Part shown: positions 10,728 to 24,300 of the stretch, piece by piece
How the letters are laid out: the number at the start of each line of letters is the position of its first letter
How positions within the stretch are numbered: the stretch's first letter is position 1
Source: Intoshia linei
Taxonomy: Eukaryota; Animalia; Orthonectida
Direction of reading: 5' to 3'
Length of the DNA stretch: 34,980 nucleotides
Assembly (NCBI GenBank): GCA_001642005.1
Contig: LWCA01000272.1
Coordinates: forward strand, 1 to 34,980
Translations under genes and position numbers: made by a program
The notes under the pieces: model-generated
What the model saw: the letters and a program-made list of their open reading frames with translations, nothing else
Told to the model about the DNA's origin: nothing
Database searches by the model: none

Positions 10728-13700
10728 TTAACATCTAGTTTCATACAGTCCTGTAGATCCTATATATTTAACCCATTTGCTAACTTGACTATCAGTATAA
10801 CCCAATTTTCTTTCGTTGACTCTTAAATATCTGACTTTAATGCCTGACGGTGAAAATGGAACCTAAATACTAATTAAATATTTGAATTTTCAGATTAGTT
10901 ATTAGATTGTGTTTTATTTAAAACCTTAAATTTTAGAGAAATTTGAGGTCTAGGTTCTTTTTTGGCTGATTTTGAAATACTGATTGATATATCGGCAGTT
11001 AAAGTGTACTCCTTTAATCCGCTCATTTTAGATATTCTATTATAAACATATTCAGTTTAAATAATATTTATTTTTTATTACTTCCATATAATAGCATTGT
11101 CACTAGCTTTGTATTTGGCTTTGCCGCTCTTACAAAGTAATTTAACATTGTCTGTGCGTTTGGAAACGGGTATACGAACCTAAAAAGGATATTACAAACA
11201 ATTGAAATATTTTATTTTAAATACCAATTTTGGTCAAACAATTCAAGGCCCAAGGAAGTGTTACATTTCAGTTAACCGACCGGATTAGATTTTGAGAAAC
11301 ACTGCAATAATAACTACTAATTAAACCTAATTTTAAATGAAAAATAATTAAAATTGTTCAGAAGGCCGCACTTTCCCCACCTCTGAACTACTTGTATGTA
11401 ATATATTCTTATCAAAATAATTACTTCAATGTCTCTAGAAATAATTTCAGGTTTAAAGGCAGATTTTATGGTGACTTTTAATTCGGTAATATTATTATTT
11501 TCAACCATGTTGGGTATTATTCTGAAAGGTATGCTAATATCATTTGCCACTCTATATCTAAATACTGTTTTAAAATAATACAATTACTCAATTTAGAGTT
11601 ACAACACATGGGTTCAAACTTTATACTTTTTTTATAAATTTGTTAATTATATTTCTTATGGGTTAATCATAAACCAATTTTTAAAAATCGGGTTTCTCAA
11701 ATTTTCGCCGAGGTATATAATCAATATGCATTGTATATGCTTCTGAAACTCTGAATTGCATTCAAATTATGAATATAAGAATAACCTCATTAACACAAAT
11801 GTACCATCTGGAGGAATGAACGTGATGGAATGATCGTTTTCAAAAGTATTTAATCGAACACATTGATGAAAATGAACGTCATCGAGTTTAATATCGGATG
11901 AATCTTTTTTTCTAAATTAATAATTTTATAATAATAATCTTGAATGTTTATAAATGTACATTACTAAATAATTTTTAAAAAAATAGAGAGTAAGGAACAT
12001 TATTTCATCCAAGCCATTAATCAGCCTCCGAGTTATTAAAAATCACGGATAAATGGTTCTATTTGTAAAATTTTGGCATTATAAAAATTATTAGAATGGA
12101 AATAGATAAGAGTAAAAGTGATAAAATATGATTCTATAAAAAATTTTGATAATATGAAACATCCTTACTTATTATAAAACACTTTTTTTGTCTGTGTGTG
12201 TTATCGTTTATTTTAATAACTACGAGTCATAATTTTATAAACTCCACATTTCTATTACAGTATTTTCCAGGTGAAAATAAGGTAAATTTCAATCTCAGTA
12301 ACTCACATCTTACCGGTCAAAAACTGCAATTATCCTTTTTTTCAAAATCAAACGAGTGATAAAATTTAAAAAAATATATCTTCAGTGCCAAAACCCAAAT
12401 TACCTTTTTTTAAAAAAATTAATTTTTTTACCATATTTTCAAGGAGATTTTTAGGAAAATCTTTTCGCAATCAAAATTTCAAAAAAGGCTTCTTACGTAA
12501 ATTTTTTTGGGATCATATTTGGAAAATTTATAAGAGGATTTTAAGGAATCGAAGATGGTTTCAGTTTTTTAATTTTATTTGTTCCATCTTATTTAAGAAA
12601 GTAAGATTGTAGATTTTTAAAAAACACATATTACTAATACAGTTTTTCGAGCATTACATTTTATCGCAAATTAAATTTCAGAAAGTGAGTCTTTCAAATT
12701 AAAAACTTAAACTACCCATCCTATTTTTAAAAATAAAACACCTATACATTTTTTTAAATGTACATTCTGATACATATTTTAAAATCTTTAACATTATATA
12801 TTTCAATTTCAAAAAAATGTATCTTGACAAAACCCCAAATTACGTATACTAACGTATTTAAAAGTCTTTTCAATATGTGTATTATCGTTATTTTATAAAA
12901 TTAAAAAAACCAGTCCTAGAATTTATAAAAAATCACATTTAATACTCCATTTTCCTGTTAAAATATATAAATTTTCCATGTTAAGTTATGCTTTCTTGTT
13001 CAAAAAAGTAATTTACTGTTTACCCTTTTTTTAGGAAATTATTTCATTAAAACAAAAAATTTGATATAATTAAATGCTCCTAGAATATAAAAATAAAAAA
13101 TTGTCTTCACGTTTGGGAACCATTAATTTAAAAGATTGATACATATATTGTAGTGAAATTTTATGTAATATTTTATTATTTGGTAAAAATTGAAAAGTCC
13201 GCGTTCAACAGATCTAGGTGCTGTTTGTACAAAATACAAAAGAGCCTAGCTAGTGTAATATATTTAAAACGTTTACAAATTATTATTTTTTTAGAATCTG
13301 TTCTTTATGTGTATTTCAAATTGGGATTCCATAATAAAAAAATTGGCGACCTCTTAGATAAAACAATAATTTTCAAATATACATACTTTTTCATTGTAGT
13401 ATTAGTTAAATCTCCAGCTTTGATATTTTTGTTACAACTAAACAAGTCATTCACCGCAAATTTGCATTCAGGCATCCCACTGAGATAACACCTTACTTTT
13501 ATTTTCCCATCCACATAACATGAGATTATTTTGGCTAAATATTTAATTACAAGTATTCCAGAAAAATTATAAAATACATGTAAACAAAAATGATAAAAAT
13601 TTTTGAATTTTAAAAAATGGCCAAATTCTTACACAGCACTTCAAATGCGTGTCTTGTAGATACTTAGTTCCATATGGAAGGTAATAATACAAATATAAAA

Positions 13701-15811
13701 TTTCATAGTAATGTATTAATTACATATAATTAATATATATTATTTTATCAAAAAATTATAAAGGCCTCAAATATTCTCGTTATTAGGGCTCTAAAATTTT
13801 TTTGATATTTAACCATATATGGATCAAAATTGAAAAATCTGCTAGTCCGACTTGATATTTATACATTCCCTAATAGTAGCAGTGTAATGGTCGAATTGGG
13901 ACACAAAATTTAGGGATCAATCAGAGTATAAATTTAAATATCTATTCATATTGGGCTAAAAGAAACATATATTTTAGTTTGAAATTTAGTAACATTATTT
14001 GTATAGTTTCAGTTATATTTATACCACACAATCTTTTGAGAGCCATTAAAAAACTCAAATATCGAGTCACTTTATTTTTGAAACGGGATAAAGCCAATAA
14101 AAAAAATATTACTACCAAATTTAGTCCAGCAGAAAGTTAAGTTAAAAAGTTTTCTACTGCCCCTGATGACTACAGTCCCCTAGGTGGGCGCTACCGCCCA
14201 CGTTAGGAATCACTGATTTACACCATTAAAATGATTTTTATATATTCTATGACCAGACTCTGAAATAAATAAAATATACAATATGATGAAATAAGCAAGT
14301 GAATAGATTCAATCACATCCAAAAATAATTCATTATGACGATATTTGATGCCTTGTCGTCTCCATCCAATTTGTCCAGTTACTTGCGAAGTGATTTTATT
14401 CTTTTCTTGGTAAACCTACATTTAAATGCGATAAAACCTACATAATATAAAAAGAAAGAAACATACAACAGCTTTGACTCCGTGACCATAAACATATGAT
14501 CTAAGTATATTGGCATCAGTAATTTGAGGATAACCATAATCAAAAACCTCTAATAAATAAAATTATGAGTTAAATGAAAACTTTTGATTGTAACAAAACA
14601 GCCTTCCTCGAATGTCAACATTTAAAATAAACCCAACAGTTCTGGGTTTAATAAATACGCTTTTGAATGTATACCAGTGCAACTTAAACTGGGGTCCTCA
14701 AAATATTTTGCACTAATTACGTACAAATCATGTGTTATTTTACCTAGAGAAAATATATCAACATCAGAAATTTGCATTTTGCCAAATAAAACATAAAACA
14801 CATTTTGACAACAAAATGTCAAATTAAATTATAAACTAAGAATCGTAAATATGGAATATCCATGTCAGAGCTGAAGCTACTGTGCCACGATACCGGTAAT
14901 TGGGACATAACAAAATTTTTGTAATACGGAGGGCTTATTTTTCCAAATTGTGCATTAAAATGAAAAAATACTATTTTTGAATATCATAACTATTTCGGGT
15001 GCCAAATTTAAACTGTCCAGTACAAACCCGTCGAGAGGTGGCGCAGGCTTTATGGCATTACGCAGTTTCCGAAAAATTTTGTAGCCACTTTTTAATTTTC
15101 GGGTGAGTCTCGAGTATTATTGATTCCATCTTGATCCATGGTAACCTTTTTACTGATAATGAAAAATCTATTTCAATCTCATAAATTGAACTCTTAGCTT
15201 TTTATCATCATAAAATCATCAACACATTAGTAATTATTAAAGGGGTCCGTAAGAGTTTTGATAAACACTGATATGCCATAGTTTTTACTTTACTAACGAT
15301 TCATAAACAATAAAAATAATTTAAATTTGTCGACATTTTAGTCATAGGGGTTTGGGTAGTATAGTTTCGGTTAACACAACCATTCAGGGTACGCAATAAC
15401 CGTGTTTATCGCAGTAAATTTGAGTCGTAAAATTACCATCAATAATTTCATATATCAAAGAAAAATTATTCCTAATAGATTCTTGAGTAATTTTATGAAA
15501 ATACAATTGCAAAATTTGAATAATGGCAAACATTACTTCAAAAACCATCAATGCATTAACATTATGACAAGTAACACATATTATCCAAACTCCTTTTATT
15601 CTGACATGTAAAAATATATGCTTTCCGTATTGAACTATAGGTTTTTTAGAAGATTGTATATTGTGAATAACAGAAACTCTGAAAATGTCTATACTCTGCC
15701 GTCTAAATTGGGTTTATATAGACTACATTAAAATTACGATATATCGTCTCTAAATGTACGTGAGATCATTACTTCACCCTTATAATCGCATATGAATATT
15801 CCACCTATCAT
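10728..15811 (-). CDS. AP2M1: AP-2 adaptor complex medium chain mu2, multi-exon
   Basis: Starts [24 protein letters not shown]. Contains [12 protein letters not shown]|[78 protein letters not shown] and [13 protein letters not shown], and ends [16 protein letters not shown]. Confidence 0.95.
12162..13253 (+). mobile_element. Apparently complete non-autonomous Helitron in an AP2M1 intron
   Basis: Inserted between host A (12161) and T (13254) with no TSD. It has a 5' TC start (TCCTTACTTATTATAAAA, then a TG microsatellite), a 3' hairpin (CTAGG..TTTGTA-CAAAA-TACAAA..CCTAG, 13214-13249) and terminal CTAG at 13250-13253. Confidence 0.75.
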
Positions 15812-16470
15812 TTTTACAAAAAAATGTTTAAATTAGTCTAGAAAATCAATAAACTATGGTAATATTGTCTGGAAACAATATTTCAGTTATTGATGTGGTT
15901 TACAACCACTGGTTTTTATGTTTTATTTTGATTTATACAACTTTTTATAAATTACAATGATTGAAATAAAAACTATAATTTCACTGTAAAATCGTAAGTA
16001 AACATTAGATTCCACGTAGATTCAGTATCACTACCGAGGCTAAATATCAATTCATTTTGTAAATATAACATCAAACTTATTTTGTGACAAGATTTTATAT
16101 CTACAGAATTTTCTTAAATAAATTGAAGGTTTAGTTATTCAATGATTCGCAATTATAGCCAATGAACATTGTACATATGGATATTTAGTTGATATAAAAT
16201 TTTATTCAATATAAATCAAAACATTTTCATACTGTTGAAATTTATCTAAGAAATATAGGAATTGACGCTTTACTGAAATTAAACTTTCTTGCGAACAGCC
16301 GATCCACATTTTACGGATCACCAGTTGAGAACTACAATCATATACTTCGTTGCCAATGTCAAATATATTTTTAAATTTGAAAGCTTTTGATCATAATAAT
16401 CAACATGATAATAGGCTACATGATTTAATATTTTCAAAAGTTATCAAATTTTATAAAACATAAATTATTC

Positions 16471-19400
16471 ATGATGAATATATTACTTGGAATGCATTTA
16501 AAAGTGGAAATCGTGGTAATATTATAAAAAAGCCAAAAATTTAACCCCAAGTGTTAAAATTGATTTAATTAATTTTTGTACATTTTTGCTTATATTTACT
16601 TTAGCATATCCTTTATCCAGTAAAGTGGAATATACTTATATTTGTTCAGTTTATGAATGTCATGATGTTATTTATGAAAAGAAAATTTCAAATTTCACGA
16701 GTATTTTTACAATGCATCACAATACTAAATATATTGTGCTTACACTTTGAAATTTTAAAAATGATTGCATAACACAGCACTTCCAAAATGCCGGTCGGGA
16801 CCAGTACTGGTCAGTGAAAATGTTCTACTAATTACAAATCAATTTATTACGTTTTTTATTAAATTTTGCACAGTAGAGTTCTGCAATACGATCCGAATAG
16901 ATTAAATTAAATTAATAATAATAATAAATTAATTATTTACGATATAATGAAGTGTAGTAATTTTTTTATAGATATCACTTTACATATGTGGTTCCAATTC
17001 AAATAGTATACGGACCACCATTTTAATTTTATAGGATCTCAAACGAAACAACAAATATAAAACATTTCTTAAAAAATTAAGTTTAAAGGTTTTTCTCAAC
17101 ACAATTTGGTAAAATCGTATATTTCAAGAAAATATTAGAAAAAGGGGAATTTTTCCTTGACGGTTTAAAATGGTATTTTTTATTTTGGTGTTTGGGAATA
17201 AGGTTTATTTCATAAAATTTGGAAAAATCGTGTTTTTCAAAAAAAGTGTGAGTCATAATAGTATCAGACGAACTGGTACCCAAAAAAATTTATGGGATCC
17301 TTAGGGGTTTCTGGTCCCAGTACTCCCATTTGGGAGCCGCGGATATACAGTGCATAATATACACTGTAGTTAGTTAAACACCGCTATTAAAATATTTGTA
17401 AATAAAATTTTAGACGACCAAAATATCTACATCTATCTTGGTTTTATATCTGATAATGGATTTGAAATTGACACTATATTTGATACTCTATCTTGTATTC
17501 AGTTTGGTATTAATGTATCAAAAAATTGTACAAGATAATACATTCTTGTTTTGGCTTCACATATTATCCTACAATATTGTGCTGAAATTCATTTTAATAT
17601 GGACACCAGATATAAATTATCAATTTCAAATATTTCATATAATATTTTGCATGCAGCAATTGAAATTGGTTAGTTTTTATTACAAATCCAAATCCAAGTT
17701 AGGTAATAATCTGTGTCTCGTATTGAATGATGTTTTAAACCTTTTCGATTATTGCTTGTATTTACCGTCGTTGCTCACCGGACCATTCATCGATTATCAA
17801 TATTTTAAGGTAAATATATACTTTTTCAAGAAATTCTTACAAAAGTATAAAACACTTAATATAAAATAAAACATGATACATAAATATTTCGTATTGTAGC
17901 TCGATCATGGTAGGTTACATCATGGCAGAGTCTGCATCCCGTTAATACATTTAAAAAATATATGGTATCATAACAACTACTTAAAACTCAAGGGCCCACT
18001 ATTTGAAATTAATAGATGATATTAAAAAAAAATTTCGTATTGTTGAGCAAATTTTTTAACTTGTATCTAGGGCCAACAATTTTCATCGGGCCATGCTCAT
18101 TGTTGGCTCTCCACGGCCCTAACTAGGACACGTACTCAAAGAACAATCTTACTAATATCCATCACAGATTTCGACTCTAAGCCCATCCAAATGATCAAAA
18201 AAATGACCATCTACAAAATCTCTAAAACTAAATTTTAGATTGAAAATTTGAAGAATCTTAATATTTTAAATACTACCAAATCCTCAAAAAAATCCAACTT
18301 TAATAAATATGATGATAATTTATTCAACGGAAACATTGAAATTCAAATTTATAAAACGATTGTCTTCTTGTTTGGATACATTTCTTTAAATTGTTTCAAT
18401 TTTTTGATAAAACATTCAATTTTTTTTAAACTACCTATATCGATAATTCAACTACCAATTTATAATTATGCGATCTTATTTTACGAATTATTCAGGTTCT
18501 GGATACTATATCGTGTATTATTTGGATTTACTTACATATTTCTCAGTTATGACGGTATTTTCATTGACATTATTCCCGAAAATTTTTTCAAGCTAACATC
18601 CATGGACGCATGCAATAGGTTATTTCATTAATTATTTATTAATGTATATATCATTATATTTACATGTTTATGAAATCTGAATTAATCGTTTTAATCTTTA
18701 AAAGTTTGACTGTAAAAGTATGTATTAAATTCTATTTTTAGTCACATCACAGATTATTAAAATAATTATTTTCAAAGTGACAAGATTAAATTTTTACTTT
18801 GCAAGGTCCTGAGGACGTAACCCTTGATACATTTTGGTGATACAAAATTTTCTACACTTTAAATTATTTTTATCTTTAATTTTTTAATTCCTTTTTTAAA
18901 TCTATCAAACAAATAAATTCAATAATAAAATCTTAACATCTTAAAATTGCTACATTCACTATTAGCAATCCTTTAAAGATATGGATTCCAACCTTGTTTA
19001 CATGTCCCTTTATTTTATATTACGTTTTAATTTAAAGTAAATTATTACCACTTAATTTTATTTTGTGGTAATTCATTTGTATCAAGAACATTGAAACAAA
19101 ATCCTTACTTATATAATACATGTATGCTTTGTTTTTTTGTGTGTATGTGTGTTATCGTTTATTTCAATAACTACCAGTCTTAGAATTTTATAAAGTCCAC
19201 ATTTCGATTACAGTTTTTTCCGGGTGAAAGTAAAATAAATTTCAACCTCCCAAATTTACATCTTACGGATCAAAAAGCCCAATTGTTTTTTTTTTAAAAT
19301 CAAACGAGTTCGAGAATTTAAAAAAATATACACTCTGATGCGGATTTTAAAATCATAAACATTACCATAAATTTAAATTTTAAAAAATTATATCTTCATG

Positions 19401-21029
19401 GCCAAAACCGCAAATTCCTTCCTTATTTTTGAAAACAGCCCTAGAATTTCAAAAAATTTCAATTGGAATAAGTGACGTGATATTTTATTAAAACAAAAAA
19501 TCTGTAATAATTAACGGTCCAAAAAATAAAAAAAAGAAGATTATTCTGATAGAGCTTATTCCAGTTGATATAAATACAAAGTTTAACCTGAGAAATCTAC
19601 GCATTCCCGATGAAAAATAATTTTTAATATATTATGAACCAATCAACCCAAAAATCTAATTATTCCCGGTGAAAAATAATTTTTAATATATTTTCAATCA
19701 TTATTTTTCAAATATTTCGATTAAAATAAAAATTTAAAATTTAAATATTGATCCTACAATTACAACTGTACCATCTGTAATTTTTTTTAAATTTTAGGGT
19801 TGTTTTCATTTAAAAAAAGGGTAATCTAGGGTTTTGATCGTAAAAATAATGTTTTTTGATGTTTCCATTTATTATAATGCTTATGATTTTAAAAACTATA
19901 CCAAAATTTATGTTTCAAAAAATTTTAGAACATGTTTCATTTTTAAAACAAACGATAATTTGTGGTTTTGACCGTGAAGGTATGCGTTTCTGAGGCTAAG
20001 ATTAACGACAATGTGAATGATTTTAAAACGCGTCCCAGAATGTATGTTTTATTAAATTTTTGAACTTTTTTATTTTTATTTTTATATTATTTTTATTAAA
20101 CTATTTAAGAAATTGGGTACTGTTAAATTTTATGACTGTCAATTTTTTAAATGTACGGTAACACAGACATTCAATTTTATATAAGTAAAGGATGGTTAAA
20201 AATTGTAAGTTACAATGAAGACAGGCATTTTTACCAATTTTTTTTTTATATACAAGCAATGTAAGTTAGCATATTAATAACTTTACAAAATATTTAGAAA
20301 ATTCGACAAAACATTTCACAATTTTCTGAAAGAGTAAATAATATAAAATATACCATTTATATTCTAAATTAGATACATACATGTGCCACTCATTAAAACC
20401 CAAAAAAATGTCATTTTTTCAATATTAATTGTATCTACATTTTCTTTTATTTGGCATGGAATAAACCTTGAAATGTTGCCATTTTTTATATATAATATTA
20501 TGTACAATACGGGAATAAAAATAACTACAAAGTACTGTATGTGCAATAAAAATAAAAGGATTTCAAAAATTACAGTAATTATATGAAAATTAATTCAGTT
20601 ACATGTATTCCCATGAGTCACCCGTCACTTTTAGCAATCATTCTACATGTGCTGTATTTATAGTGAACTATACTGGCGGTTCTCAACAGTTTTTGAATAA
20701 TCATGCGATTATGCGCTAGAAATAAAGAATAAGTCGGAAATTATGACGACGAGTGGCATTTTACCTTCCAACTTCTCTCACCCAACCGACGAATTAATTA
20801 ATTTTGTAATAAACCCAAAACTTTTTATATTAGTACCTTTTTATTGGGTTTTTTATCATTTTAAAATTTTTCATCGATTTGAACTTAGTTTTAGTATATT
20901 CATTTTATTTAATATCATATTTAGTCTTAATTTTAGACAAGCATATTGAAGCCAATATTATTCATTATGTACATTATCGTAATCTCATCATTTGTGGCAA
21001 ACATTAATATACTAAATATTATGGATTAA
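16471..21029 (+). CDS. MBOAT O-acyltransferase of the HHAT/Rasp/GUP1 type; 5' and 3' ends tentative
   Basis: Approximate exons: 16471-16515, 16605-16700, 17414-17809, 18240-18618, 20298-20333, 20373-20574, 20937-21029. The protein is very hydrophobic and has motifs LKLVSF, YCLYLPSLLTGPFIDY, RKFDKTFHNFLKEYIHVPL and FSFIWHG (catalytic His). Confidence 0.8.
19102..20192. mobile_element. Two Helitron-like 5' portions joined in opposite orientation in an MBOAT intron
   Basis: A plus-strand copy from 19102 is collinear with 5381-5990. From ~19762 the sequence is the reverse complement of a related 5' portion (19762-19840 matches 5610-5681) and ends in TTATATAAGTAAAGGAT at ~20193. Confidence 0.7.
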
Positions 21030-21315
21030 AGCAAAAACACATTAAACAAATAAACGAGGTTAAAAATTGATAAAGTATAAATTTTAGCATACAAATCTAA
21101 TTGTATAATTTGTACGCATGTTACATTTTTTTCAAGTATTTACAATGTATTTACATTTAAATTATATTCTCATTTTGTTCGCACTGAATCACACTGTAAA
21201 TTAAAAATTTAAAATAAACTGAATTCACATTTATTATTTACATTTATATAAAAATATAAATTTGATAGGTAATCCAAGACAACATTTTTATAAAATATTT
21301 CAATTTTCAACTTCA

Positions 21316-24300
21316 ATGTCTCAAATTGCCAATATTTCAGTTTATCAGCACATTGGTAGGAATATATATATATAATAATTAAAATTGTATTTAGATTTAA
21401 TTGTTTATAAATACGGTGAAGATTGGACCCTCATCTCTAGACTATGGGATAAAATTAATAGCTCCAAAAGGTAAAAAATATAAATTATATAATTACAATA
21501 CAATAATATATAGTGCAAACGAATCTATCAATTCTTTAATAAAACATTTCAAATGTGATATTAAAAAACCTAAAGCTTTAATTAATACAATTTTGGTACT
21601 TTATAATTTTATTTATTTAATTTCTCATATTTTTTTATATATTAGGTTTTTAAATCTCTTGTTCTAAATTGTCAAAACTTTAATAATATTTTTATTCAAC
21701 AAAAACTGATTGATATATTTGGAGAAATACTGTGTGAAAATTCCATGTATCCCATCATTATTCAACAATATCTAGCTCACACCATCAATGTACATTAATT
21801 TAAATTTAAAGAAAATAAATATTATTTTATATCAACTAATAACTAAATAATTTTTGATAGAATTTAATCAGTGAATTGGATCGAATTGAATGTGTGGAAA
21901 GCTTGATTCATTTTCATGAGAAATTTATTGTTGATAAATTTGATTTAACAGAAATTAATATTGAAGCTTTATTAAAGTACAAAGAAGAGGTTTGGCATGT
22001 TTCTTTTAATATACTTTAATTTTGAAGGAAGAACCGTGTTATGAAATTATTACGGAACCTGAAATTAATCAAAATGTTGAAATTACACCTGGAAAAGATA
22101 TTTTTTCAGATATACAAATTGTTACAGTTAATACTCGAGTATTCAAAAAGTTATTGACAAGTGAAAATGAACATGGACAAGTGGTTCTAGATAAAAATGA
22201 GTATGAATTATTGATGGTTTGCTTTTTTTTACTTTATATATACTTTTTTAGTCTCTTCAAATTACCAATAAAAAAATGTCAAATCGATTGCAAATGATTA
22301 TTCCTTATTGCAGTGATGATTCACTTACATGTGATTTTTTTTATTATTTTATTGGGTGCTATCAATCGCAAATACAAATACATTTAATGAGCCGCATGCT
22401 GCTCACGTATAATTTATTTTCGGGGTTTGACGTAAGTTAACATTTTCAGTAAAAGGGTATATTATAATTTATAGTTGGTGATGTTTATTAATAATATATT
22501 TTATTTTTGGATAAGTAATTCACTTTTTATCCACTTTTTTTTAATAATAAATAAAAATTATTTCATTTTGAGGGCTACTCAATTTTTTTTTTATTTATTT
22601 ACCTTTGTTAATTAATTTTTTATAGTTTAATGGACTAAGCATTATTTTTATCATCCTAGGGCCTAGGGGTATATATTGTTCTATTTTTTGCGGATATAGA
22701 ATATAATATAAGTATGCTTTTTTTATAGTAATAATTATTTTAGTTAATCTTATAGAAATTAACGATCAACTCGTTTTACTTTTGTCTCTATTTGATGAAA
22801 AGGTCAAATCTGGCTTGATCAAAAAGAAGAAATTCATTAGTGAAAATCAAGTTGAATTTGAAAGTGAAGATAAAATTGATTCCATACCTAACATTTCTCC
22901 ACCTATAGAACATGTTTGCTTTTTGATATAATTTTAGATACATTTTCGGGCGAACATTCAGTTGAGCGATATATCTTAGACTTTAAGACTTAGAGCGATA
23001 TAATCATAGATTTTGCTTATTAATCGTATTAATTTTTTTACCCAATTTTTAAACATTTTATAAATAATTTTGGGATCAAAATTTGGTAGGGTTTTTGAGG
23101 GAACAATTTTTAAGTATTTTGAAGATAATTTTTTCGAATTAAATATTGTAAGGTTTTAAAATATTTTTAAAATTTTAACATATCTTCAAAATCTTTAAAA
23201 ATTGTGTATAAATTAAGGTTCCCTTAAAAATCATTTAAAATTTTGGTCGAAACGTTATCATAAAAATTTGATAAAAAAAAGGTTTCCTTAAAAACCTTTC
23301 AAAATTTTGGTCGAAACGTTAACATAAAAATTTTTTAAAATTGACTAAAAAAAAGGTTCTCTTCAAAATTTTTAAAAATTGGGTATAAAAAATTGTTCCC
23401 TTAAAAACCCTTAAAAATTTGGGTCGAAACATTATCATAAAAATTGTTAAAAATTTGATAAAAAAAAGGTTCCCTTAAAAACCTTTCAAAATATTGGTCG
23501 AAACGTTATCATAAAAATTTTTTAAAATGAGTAAAAAAAAAGATTTCCTTAAAAAACTTTTGAAAATTTTTATCGAAAAAATAACATAAAAATCTTTAAA
23601 AATTGAATAAAAAAAATCCCTTAAAAACCCAACCAAATTTGAAACCCAAAATTATCATCAAATTCTTTAAAATTTGGGTGAAAAATTTTTTCTAAAGAAA
23701 CCCACAAAAATTTCTTGAAAAAACAGTAATATAATACTTTAATAATATTTTAATTGCTGTGTAGAGAATGGACGTCAAATTTTGATATCATTGAAATTTT
23801 CAATTGACATGATCAGTTTTCCCTGTAATTATTGAGGATTCTAGCGTAATGCTTATTCTTAACTTGCTAAAATCTAAATCTTGCTAAAAGTGGGATCAGT
23901 GGTTTCTATTGAAAAGTTTCCATATTTTTACCACATTCTCATGATTTTGTGAATAACCATAAAATTCAAATAAATTTCTATTTTAAATTTTAGTTATATA
24001 GCGCTGTGTATGACATGTACTGACAAGTCAATACGGATTTCAGTCATTTTTAAGACATGAAAAATTTTTAAAATGTTTTTTCGTATCTATATATCAGCTT
24101 GTGACGATTATCTCTTAACAATCTAGACATCTCTTAACGAAAGCTCAGTGAAAGGTATAAGTTTTTCTAAACAAAAAATCTACCTTTGCTATGCAGATTT
24201 TCAAAGTGGTGATTTTGTTTCAAGAGTTTCACGCGGTTCACATATAATTTAATTATTAATTTATGATTTTAATATGCTAAATATCTTATTTAGAAAAAAG

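Noticed and set aside
12385-12612. 75-aa K/F-rich ORF (similarly 5414-5605, 17083-17283, 20743-20949, 25573-25779)
   Set aside because: These lie in intronic repeats, have composition dictated by A/T runs, and show no recognisable motifs.
13153-13488. Plus-strand 111-aa ORF (also 15402-15611 and 20364-20546)
   Set aside because: These are antisense to well-supported exons of AP2M1 or the MBOAT gene.
23217-23620. Regularly spaced repeats resembling a CRISPR array
   Set aside because: The intervening sequences are themselves repeated (tandem minisatellite), the context is a eukaryotic intron, and there are no cas genes.
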